64,000 nt of DNA from Gracilinanus agilis (Eukaryota), in contig NC_058133.1 of assembly GCF_016433145.1 (NCBI RefSeq), positions 461,318,368 through 461,382,367 of the forward strand. Reading direction: 5' to 3'. The notes below the pieces were generated by a model. The model ran no database searches. It was not told the DNA's origin and worked only from the letters and a program-made list of their open reading frames with translations. Numbering within the stretch: the stretch's first letter is position 1; each line of letters begins with the position of its first letter. Below are positions 33,711 to 45,000 of the stretch, one piece after another. Both the position numbers and the translations under genes were made by a program.

Positions 33711-36700
33711 AAGAATTCTTTGGGATTTGTTCCTTAGGCCCTAGAGCGTGAACTCTATAGAACTGTCCCTCCTTCTCACACCTGCTTCTGAGGGGAGGGA
33801 GGAGGCATTTGCCTTGCAAACATCCTGGAGCAGATAAGAAAACTGGGGTAGGGGGGTGCCATATTTGATTTAGGATTCTGACCTGACCTTTTCTTCCAGA
33901 CTCACTGCCCATAGGCTCCAGGACTGTTCTTCAAAGGAATAGGGATCTCCCCAAATGGAGTGGTAGTGGTGATTACCAAGACTGGGGCAAAGAGTGGAAT
34001 AACTACTTGACTTGGAACATTCACAAGACTTGTCAGACAGTCATCACTCATTCATTAAGGCTTACTATGTGCCAGATTTAGGTTACAGGGAAAATAAAAT
34101 AACCACCCCTGCCCTTGAGAAGCTCACATTCTAATGGAGGTAATGACAATGTAAATAACAAAATACTTACAAAATAGATTAGAAAGTAGATAGAAGACAA
34201 CCTCAGAGGGTAGGTTCTAGAAGCTCGGGGCACTAGAGTCCTATTCTGGCTGCTTCCTATTAAGTTCAAGTAGGACCCTGTCTGAGTCATAGGTCCTAGG
34301 TAAAGGAAATCAAGGAGAAACAGGTATTTGGGAGCTTTGAGTAAAAATAATCTTTGCGTTCTAAGTCAGTTTTAAGTTTTCAAAGTCTTAAGATTCTGGG
34401 AATATGAGATACATTGTACTGTCTTTCTAGGACTCTGATGGCTATTTGATGGCTACAGGCCAGAGATCTCAAATCAAAGAATCTTAAAATATGGTAGATT
34501 TCTGAGAAGGTTGCTATTGGCTTCCTTCCCTCCTGAGTATGTTATCAAATTTCAGAGAAAGGGATATGGAAGCAGCAACTGGTTTGGAAGATGGTTGGAT
34601 GAAAAGAAAGAAAGAAAAAGAAGACAAACAAATTTCTCATCAATGCATCAGAAAAACGTCTGGAAAATATGTGCAAACAAACCTCCCTCCTCTTCAAAGG
34701 GAAACCCTAGAGTATTTTATTTTATTTTTTTCCTAGAGTATTTTAAATCTATTAGTAGAATCTGATTTCCCAAGCTGGCTTTGGCACATGGGAGCCAGAC
34801 AGGAATAATGAAGCAAAATGGCAAATGGGCTTTCAGTCAAACCAGGGCAACAGAGGCTAAGGGGTCATGTTGAATGCATGAAATTAAGCAATTATAAAGA
34901 TTTAGAGTGAATGAATGTTAGGGATCAATTAATTCAAACTTTATTTTAACATATAATGATACTGAGAAGTGGAACTGGGGAAGTCAGTTAGCATTGTCAT
35001 CTTATATGCTTCAGCAATCTATCACTCTTCCTTACTTTTACTTCTCCATTACTGCTGCATATTTAGGTCTTCTAGGCCTTCCTAGCCACCTAATGATATA
35101 TTATCTCTGTCAATTAAAGTGAGAGCTCCTGACAACAGGAATTGTCTAGTTTTTTCTTTCTCTCTTTTTAAAAATGCTTTTATTGTTCTTTTGTTTTTAT
35201 AGATCATTATAGGTTTCCCTAGTACCTCTTGCTCTTCCTCTAATAGAGAGTCCTACCATAGAGCAAATTTATTGTTCAGTCATTTTTTCAGTTCTGTCCA
35301 ATTCTTTGTGATCTCATTTGGGATTTTCTTGGCAAGGAACAAATAGTATTTTTTAAAGACAAAAAAAGAAAGAAAGAAAGAAAAAGAAGACAAAAAAAGC
35401 TCCTGATAATACACAGGGAAAAAGTCTAGAAAATATGTGCAAACCTCCCACCTCTGCAAAGGGATACCCTAGAGTATTATTTCTAAGCCAGGGTCCCAGG
35501 AGCCACAAGTCATCAACAACAGTTGCAAACTCTCTCCTCTCCCTTCAAAGCTCTCTAGACCCTCTTCCCATCCCTAGTTGCCTTGAGAGTTGTGGATAGG
35601 TGTGTAAGTCAAAGTCTAACTAGGAATTTCTCTATCCTTTTGCTTTTATAAAAATCATAGTGGCAAGTGACAGAGCCTAACTCCCTTATTTTATAAAGCC
35701 TTGAGGCCTAGGGAGATAATGGAGGTGATTTTCTTTTCCCTTCATTTGTTTCTACTCCCTAGCTGGATAGAACCAAAACACAAGAAAATGACGCCTTCCC
35801 ACTGAAGCGGTTTTTTTCCCCTTTCTTTGTACCTTCAGTGCTCAGCACAGTGCCTGGCACAAAATAGGTACCTAATAAATGCTGTGTGATACTGGTGAGA
35901 CCAGTAACTTGTGTCTGAGTTTCTAGAACTAGTTTTTTCCTGTGGTCCTTAAAGTCACAGTAAATTCTTTACAAAACTGATGGAGAAAGTCTAACAAAGG
36001 CCATACTAAAGGAAGGGAAAGATTAATGAGGAATTATATGCATCTAGGGTTTTCTAAAGACAGTATAGGTGGTTGATCATATGAGATTGAAGAAATACAA
36101 AGAGTCCATATCTAACCCAATAAAGCCTCCTGGCTTATTATAGTCCTATTATCTGTCTTGAAATCCTGATGAAGAGAGACCTTCCCATCCTCCCTCCAGG
36201 TTTATCCATTCCCATTATCCTATCATCTCTTGTTGAGACCTATCTTCTCTTCCTAGGAGTACTATAATAGTCCCTTAACTGCTCTGTGTCTCCAGTATCT
36301 CATTTCCAAACTCCTGCTGCCAGAGTAATCTTATTAATGCACAGGTCTCATCATGTCATTCCTCTGCTCCAAACTCTTCATTGGCTCCCCATTATTAACC
36401 AGATAAAGTCCAAAATGCTTATTCTGGTGTTTAATGCTTTCTATGAATGGGTAGCAATCTACAGTTCCAGCTTTGGCTATAGAGACATACCAAAGGAGAA
36501 GGGACAGTCTGCTGAGGACAAATTTCTTTTACTTTTCAGCCAAGCTAAAGGGTAGACCTAGAGAGTAGTTCCCCAACAGCTAAGGAGAGTAGACCCAATA
36601 AGAAGCCTATCTTCTCTCTTCACAACCCTTCACAAGTTCCCAGCTGCCCTGGGAGGGAGCCCTTCTTCTCATGCAAAGACTTTGGCCCCTTGAGGTGGCC

Positions 36701-36824
36701 TCTTGCATGTGACTGTTTTTCTACCACAATGGTCAGAAACTTCAGTCAACAGACAAAGTTGCTTCAGAAATTTCCACTTTGGTGTTCCCTATACTTTGGG
36801 CTAATTACACAAGATGGAACACAC

Positions 36825-36960
36825 AGATAAGATTCAGAAGAGATGGAGGGGTGCCACGTGTAATTTCATACCTCCATCACCCCACCATGAGAACCACTGA
36901 ACTTCACCTCAAGGAGGTGGGTAGGGGCAGGAGGCGGGCCACCATGATTCCCTACAAAAG
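36825..36960 (+). promoter_or_regulatory. Putative CHIA proximal promoter
   Basis: AGATAA 36825-36830, CACGTG 36855-36860, GC-box-like GAGGCGGG 36931-36938 and TATA-like TACAAAAG 36953-36960, about 60 nt before the ATG (the same spacing as the CHI3L2 TATA). Motif matches only. Confidence 0.4.
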
Positions 36961-37013
36961 CAAGGCAAGAGTCCACTTGGTCCAGGACCTTGTAGTCACA
37001 ACCCAGCATTAAA

Positions 37014-40000
37014 ATGGGCAAACTGCTGATCCTCACTGGTGAGTTTGTATCTGGGTGAATGGGACAGTACCTTCAAGGAGAATTACTCTTTCTCCTTTCC
37101 TGGAGATTGCCTTCTCAAACTTTTCTTTCCCATCTATGCTTCTATCTATCCATTCATCTATCCATCAATTCTCCAAGTTGTCACTGCCACTGCCTGGAAC
37201 TTCTTTGCCATTGACTTATGTATTCTGGGAAATCTTTGAGTAGGGTATATGCTAGAGGATGACACCATCCTGATAGTGGGGTTGTTTTCACTCTAGTTAC
37301 TCTGAAGTGCCAGCTTGGTGTCAGATACTAAAAAATACTTATTGATGGATTCATTGATTAGCTGAATCAATTCATGATTGGTGGGACCAAAGTAGTCCCA
37401 CTGGTTGATGAAATTAAGCTAGTCCACCAAATGGAAAAAATAGCAGAGAAAAATGGAACCATATTTTCACCTGTAAAGTCCTTCTAGTATGGGGGAAGGA
37501 GGGATAAACAAAGCTAAAAGAATAGAACCTTAAATAGTTAACTTGGTACTTAGAAGAGACCCACTTGGGAGAAGAGAACTCATTAAAATTTAGTTTCCAA
37601 GCCCAAAAGAACAGAATTGATTGTGAGGATGAGGTTTGGGGGAGGAGATAGAGAATTAAAGGAAAGGAGTAGGGGAAAACCTTGGATAAGCCCAGTAGAG
37701 ATTGCTGAGAGAGGTATGTTAGTTACATCTAGAGAAACAGGGATGGAGTTAGGAAAGAAGATTGGAGAAAAGAAGACAGTGGGAGGATATGATCACAGCT
37801 GTTAACTTTCTGAAGAGCTATATCACCTGGAAAAGGGATTAGATTTGTCTTCTTTGGCCCCCAAAGGGCAGTACTAAGAGATATATTTGCGTTTTAAGAA
37901 AAAATTCTTAACTAATTATTAATAACTATTTATTAATAATTTTATTGGTGTCAATTAATCATCAATTATTTTATTAATTAAATAAGCACTATAATTTTAT
38001 ATCACTGATTTATTAATTAAAATTTCAATGATTTTATTAAATAAAATAATAATTTTAATGTTATTGATTAAACAATTAATAATAGTTCATATTAGAGCTA
38101 TCGATACCAGGGCTACCTCAGGAGGCAGTGGTTTTACTGTCACTGAAAGTCAGTCATATATTCAACAAGCATTTATTTGTTGATGTTCAATTGTGTATGA
38201 CTCTTTGTGATACCTTTTGGGGTTTTCTTGACAAAGATACTGGAGTTCTTTTTCCATTTCCTTCTTCAGCACATTTTACAGATGAGGAAACTAAGACAAA
38301 CAGGGTTAAGTGACTTGCCCAGGGTCACACAGCTTAGTAAGTATCTGAGGCCAGATTTGAACTCAGGAAAACGAGTCTTCTTGACTTCAAGCCCAATGCT
38401 CCATCCACTGTGCCACTTGGCTGCCCAAAGTATTTATTAAGCTCTAACTGTGTTAAAGGCAATGAGCTAAGTTCTGAAAATACAAAGAAAGGCAAAAACC
38501 TCCAGAAGCTGCATGACTACTTGCCAGGAATGTTGTAAAATCATGGGATGCTTATTCATGTGGAGTTAGGACTAGTGGGCTTCTGTGGTCCCTTCTATCT
38601 CTGACATTCTGTGATCCTGTGAGAGGAATTGCTGGGCCACTGGATGCTGGGACTAAATGACTTAATTTCAGTTTTGTTGTGCCCAGTCTTGCCCTCTTCC
38701 CTGAGGAAAAAGATCCCTGATTGTTTCAGAGAACTGCAGATCTGATTATTGGCCTCACTTAGCAGTTGTCTCCTCCAAGGACTGTAGACTGGACACCCAG
38801 TGGTAGTAGTGACTCCTGTACTTCTCTGTCCTCTGCTCTTTACTGCCCATTTGGAGTTTTTGGCTTACCACTTTCAAGCCAGGGAAAGGGTCTGCCCAGC
38901 ATCCTCTAATGAGATTCTCCTTCCTTCTTTAGGTCTGGCCCTCCTGCTGCAGCTGCAGCTGGGTAAGTGTGTTTGCTCCTGGTCTGGGAAGGTGGATGAA
39001 TTTGGGATGGTAGTTAATCAGCTCAGTTATTCCCATTCTCTCTCTTCTGCAATTCCAGGCTCAGCCGTCAACATTGTCTGTTACTTCACCAACTGGAGCC
39101 AGTACCGTCCCGGGATTGCCCGCTACATGCCTGAGAATGTGGACCCCTGCCTTTGCACTCACATCATCTATGCCTTCGCTGGCATGGCCAATAACCAAAT
39201 CAAAACCATCGAGTGGAATGATGAGGCCCTCTATGCTGGCATCAACAATCTCAAGACCTAGTAAGTGCTAGGCTGGGTTCTCCACCCCTGACAGGAAGTT
39301 CTGACTAAGGATACAGAAGATTTCCAAAGAGAAGTAGAGTTTAGATTCTGTCTACAACTATACAACACTCAGTCCCTCCAGGAGAGAACACAGTGAATAG
39401 AGGGTTAGAGTTGAAGTCAGTAAGATTTAAGTTCAAAGTCTGTCTTGAACACTTATTAGCTGTGCAAAACAAAGAAATGAAAAATGAAAGAAAGAAAGGA
39501 AAGAAAGAAGGAAAGGAGGGAGGAAGGAAGGAAGGGAGGAAGGGAGGAAGGAAGGAAAGAAGGAAGGAAAAAAATAGATTATAGGTTGATGATTCCCAAT
39601 AGCAGGTGGGAAGGCAAGGCTCTAGGATGCACTGTGAGGTTGTTATTCCAAATATAGGAATGGATGATTCAACATGAAATACTGTTTTGCCCAAGAGAGG
39701 GTTGGTTTGCTTTGCCAGAGACATTTCTATAAACCAGGTAACTTTCTATCAACAGTAACACCGAGCTGAAAACCCTGCTGTCTGTTGGAGGCTGGAATTT
39801 TGGAACTCAGGGGTAAAGCATAAGACTTTTGGTACCAGTAGCTAAAGTAGAACCACTCTCCCCTCCTCAATTCATTTCTTCCTCCAGTTCCCCACCCATT
39901 CCCAACCTGAACCAAGAGAAAACCTCTCTGAGTCTTTCTAAAGTGAGTGTTCCCATGATGCTACTGCTTAAAGCTGTTTTCAGTCAAGCTGTTAGATATT

Positions 40001-41987
40001 TCCTCATTAGAATCCTATTGGGATTCTGGGATGAAACCAGAGCAATATCCTTATAGCAAACTGGACAAGTACACAGGATCCCTGACCACTAAAGCCTCTG
40101 GTCCTTTGAAAGTAAATGGAGACTAAGTCACCTGGGAATGGGCTCTCTTTCAACTCCTATGAGAGCTTAAACCTGCTATAATTTTTTTTCTGATTCTAGG
40201 TTCTCTGACATGGTTGCCACTGCTGCAAACCGCCAGACCTTCATCCAGTCAGCCATCCAATTTCTGAGGAAGTACAACTTCGATGGGCTGGACATTGACT
40301 GGGAGTACCCTGGTAACCGTGGCAGCCCAGCAGACACCCAACAGCTCTTTACTGTCCTGTTGAAGGTAACTGTCTCTCCTTAGTGTCTAAAGATAGGAGA
40401 ACCCCAGCCCTGACCCAGGGCTGCCTCTCCAAAGAGGAACTCCTTGAATGGGGTGAGGTTTGATGCTTTTCTGATCAACTTAAGATTTGAAGGGAGAGGA
40501 AGAGAGAGAGCCCAGAGGAATCTCTAAGGAGAGTCATATACGAGGGAATAATTCTCAAGGGGGTGGATATTAGCACTGAGAAGAAGCAACTGTATGAAGG
40601 AGAGGAGGTAAACTAAATGAGTGAAAGAAAGGGATGAAAGAGGAAGAGAAATGAAAGCTAGGTCATATAATGCCACAAGACTGAGAGCTAGGAAATGTAG
40701 AAATCATCCAGTTCTACCTTACTCATTTTACAGATGAAGAAAATAATGTCTAAGAAAAATTAGGTGATTTCCCCAGATCTTAGATATTCCATACTCAGGG
40801 CCAGTCAGGCAAGACAATACTGTGGATGAGGGTCATTATTCCCTAAACCAGGTAAGGTTTAGATATAAGTCGATAGAACTGGAAGAGACTTCAATTGTCA
40901 TAGGAACATAGGACCATAGATTTGGAGCTAGAAAGGACCCGAAAGGATATTTAATCCAAGCCCCTCATTTTACAAATTTGTTGTTGTTCATTCCATTGTA
41001 TCTGACTCTTTGTGACCCCACGGACTATAGCATGCCGGATCCTTCTGTCTTCTGTTGCCTCTCAAAGTCTGTCCAAGTTCATGTTCATTGTTTTCTTGAC
41101 ACTGTTTAATCATCTCAACCTTTACATCTCTTCTTACCTTCACTCTTCCACAATAAAAGGGCGACTTCCAAAGGGTTCTGCCTTCTCGTTATGTGGCCAA
41201 AATATTTAATCTTCATCATCAGTATTTGACTCTCCAGTGATAGTCTGAATTAATTTCTTTAAATATTAACAGACTCGATCTCCTTGCTGTTCAAGGGACT
41301 CTCAAAAGTCTTCTCCAGCACCATAATTCTAAAGCTCTGATTTAGATTTAGTTCCTCAGTTTTCCTTAGAGTCCAACTCTCACAGCCTTACATGGCTACT
41401 GGAAGGGATCAGGGATGGACAAGTGAGTCATTTTACAGAGAAGGAAATTTCATTAACCTATGAGCCCACTATCCGAATGTCTAGCTGTATGTGGCCTTTA
41501 TGGAATGTCCCCATGGGGTGAGCTCGCCAACCATAATTCTGCTTTCCTTTGGCCACTTATGTCTCCCAACAACTTTCCAGAATGACTTCTATGCTGTCTC
41601 AACGATTTACTTAAATGTATTTTGATCCCATACTTGATTAATCTAATAACATACAATCAAATTCTCAGATGATTTTCTTTTCTTTTTTTAAACTTTATTT
41701 TTTATCTTAGAATCTATTGATTATATATTATACTATATATTGGTTCTAAGGCAGAAGAGCAGTAAGGGCTAACCAATGGGGATTAAGTGACTTGCCCAGG
41801 GTCACACAGTTAGGAAGTGTCTGAGGCCAGATTTGAACCCAGTCCTCCTCGTGCCTCTAGGCCTGTCCCTCCATGCAGTGAGTCACCAACCTGCCCCCTC
41901 AGATAGGTTTTCAAAGGTTATACCAGCAGGTTCTACCAAGTTGAAGAGACTTTGGATACCCAGTCCTTGTCTTTGTGGAGCTTAAAA

Positions 41988-42045
<58 letters not shown>

Positions 42046-45000
42046 AAAGTTTCAAAGAATCTCAGAGATTATCTAGATCATTGGTTCCCAAACATTTTTG
42101 GCCTGCCGCCCTCTTTCCAGAAAAAATATTACTTAGCCCCCTGGAAATTAATTTTAAAAAATTTTAATAGCAATTAATAGGAAAGATGAATGCACCTGTG
42201 GCCATCACCACCCAGCTGGATCACTACAGCACCCACCAGCGGGCGGTGGTGCCCACTTTGAAAATCACTGATCTAGTGTAAATAGCAAGGAAACAGGTCC
42301 AAAAAGGTTGTGACTTGTCTAATGTCCCATTATTAGAAAATGACAATAATGGAACTTGAACTCAGATCTAAGTCAAACTGTGAAGATTTTTATTCTTAGG
42401 CTTTTTTCTCTTCTCTATATTTCTCCCTTAGTTTCAGAACCCTGATAATAATCAGATATTGCAAGAGGGTGTGTAATTATAGGGAAAATTGAATGTCTCT
42501 GAGTTCTCTCTTTAAAGGCTATGATCAGAGACAGACAGACNNNNNNNNNNNNNNNNNNNNNNNNNNNNNNNNNNNNNNNNNNNNNNNNNNNNNNNNNNNN
42601 NNNNNNNNNNNNNNNNNNNNNNNNNNNNNNNNNNNNNNNNNNNNNNNNNNNNNNNNNNNNNNNNNNNNNNNNNNNNNNNNNNNNNNNNNNNNNNNNNTCT
42701 GTGCCCTCTATTCCAGGAAATGTATGAAGCTTTTGAGCAAGAGGCTACTCAGAGCAACAAGCCCCGGCTCCTGATTTCTGCTGCTGTGTCTGCTGGCAAA
42801 AGCACCATTGAGACAGCCTACCAGATCCCTGAGATGTCCAAGTAAGTGTCCCCCAATTCCATGGGAGTTCTCGTGTCAGGGTTCAACTGAGCCACAAAGG
42901 GAGAGGAGCTGCTCACGTAGACTCCATCAAGAGGAGAGCAAGCCAGAACCTTAGAAGAGTGGCAATCTAGAAGGGGCTTCCATCCACAGACCTAATTTAA
43001 AAAATTAATTAAGACTTTGATCTTATCATTAGAATTATTTGCAAAATTCTCTAGAGCAAAACAGGCTCCTCCAAATCACTAATTACCCCAAATTTCTCCT
43101 ATGTCTTCAGCATGGAAAAAATTACTTTATGAAAGTGATCTGCAAAACTCCAAGTCCTGTGTGGTATTATGGGAAATAGACATGCCCTAAGTATCTATAA
43201 TCTGCAAGGTATGCTCTGGTAGCAGATGGATTCTATCTATTTCCTACCCTTGAGGTCCTTACAGCCTTTTTATAAAATAAAATTTTAATGATATCTTTTT
43301 TTAACATTACTAAATTTCCCATAGTGTGTTTCTTTCTTCCCATTCCCAGGGAGTTATCCCAAGTTATTTTTAAAGGAGGAAAAACGTATAAAATAAAAAA
43401 CCAAACTAAAATCAGATAAAATATTTAAAAAAGGAAAAATCAGCAAAACTGATCCATCTATTGAAAAAGCTTGAAAACATGTGCAATGTATTATTCATGT
43501 GGACCTCTTCAGCAAAGGGGTGAAACAGGGATATCTTTTTCTATCTCTTTTTCAGAGCTAAGCTCCAAAACTCTTCATCATTTTACAACATTCATTTTCC
43601 ATGGTTTTATACTCATTCTTCCTATTTACCTTGTTGTAGTCATTGTGTATCTTGTTTAGAAGCCAACATACAAACACATGAAACAAATTTGAGCAAAATT
43701 ACAAAGCAACACAATAGAAAGGGACCAGGGATGATGGTCAAGTGAGCCTCAGGTGAATGATATTGGGGAAAAAAGACTTCATGGTGGACAAGACCTAGGG
43801 AATAGAGAGACCTTAAGGGGAGTGGGGTACAATCCACATAGAGACTAGAATGGAGATGATGAGCCTGATTTTCCTTGGATTACTTCTCTCCTTTCCTCCT
43901 CAACCTAAGGTACATGGATCTTATCAACGTGATGACTTATGACCTGAGGGGCTCCTGGGAGGGCTTTACTGGAGAGGATAGTCCTCTGTTTGCCGGACCC
44001 AATGACCAGGGTGACTACATCTACTTTAATGTGGTAAGGAAAACTCTGTCATGAGATCTCAGACAAGATTTCCACCTTGAGTCTTTGGACAGGAATGGAA
44101 GTGAAGGGAAGGTGAGACACACTGTGTCTTTGGGAGGTTGCAGAAGGCTGCAGGAATAGGTCACATATCACAGATGTAAAGCTGGAAGAGTTCATTTAGA
44201 TTTAACACTTTTGTTTGAAAGAAGAGAGATTTGGAGGCTTTAAAAATGGCTCAAGGTCTCATATAGAGTAAGTAGTAGAACTCCTTTGATTCTAAACCTA
44301 GGATGCTTTCCACTAGATCGCACAGTCTCTCTTCTCCCCTTGTTTCCTCTTCTCCTGCCCCTGCCCTCCAATTCAAGATCAACTGCTCTCACCTTTCCAC
44401 TCTTTGTGCTTAAATGAGGGGTATCGTGAAGAGCAATAATATCAAATAATCCCCAAATCCTTTCCATTTATTCCAAGACTGAATGACATGATTCCCACCC
44501 AATGAGGGAAATCTTTTAAACTTCTGATTGGTGCTAAATATACATGAGAAGTCAGTTTGGAATGTAAAAATTGGCATTCTGAAGTAGTAGCTTCAGTATA
44601 GATAATGGAGAGTGATTCGTATAATCTATTAGATCACCAAAAGAGAAAAGAAATGAGGGCATTTGGGGACTGAGTTGTTCCTCAACTGAGGATCTTAGAG
44701 GGAAGAGAGGGAGATACGAAACTAAGGACACTTGTTTTTCCAAGTCATTTTCCTAATAACTATACCTGTTAAATACCTCATATGAGCCTGATCTTTATTA
44801 GGTGTTAGGAAGGATATAAGCGATAAAGAAGACATGGTCCCTTGCTCTCAGGAAGCCTCCAGTCCAGACTGTGAGCTCTCCCATTGGATTATGAGCTCCT
44901 CGAGGGCAAGGGACCCTCTTTTGTATTTCTTTGTATCCGTGGCATTTAGCACAGTGCCCGGCATAAAGTAGGCACTTAGTAAGTGTTATTGGCTGACTGA

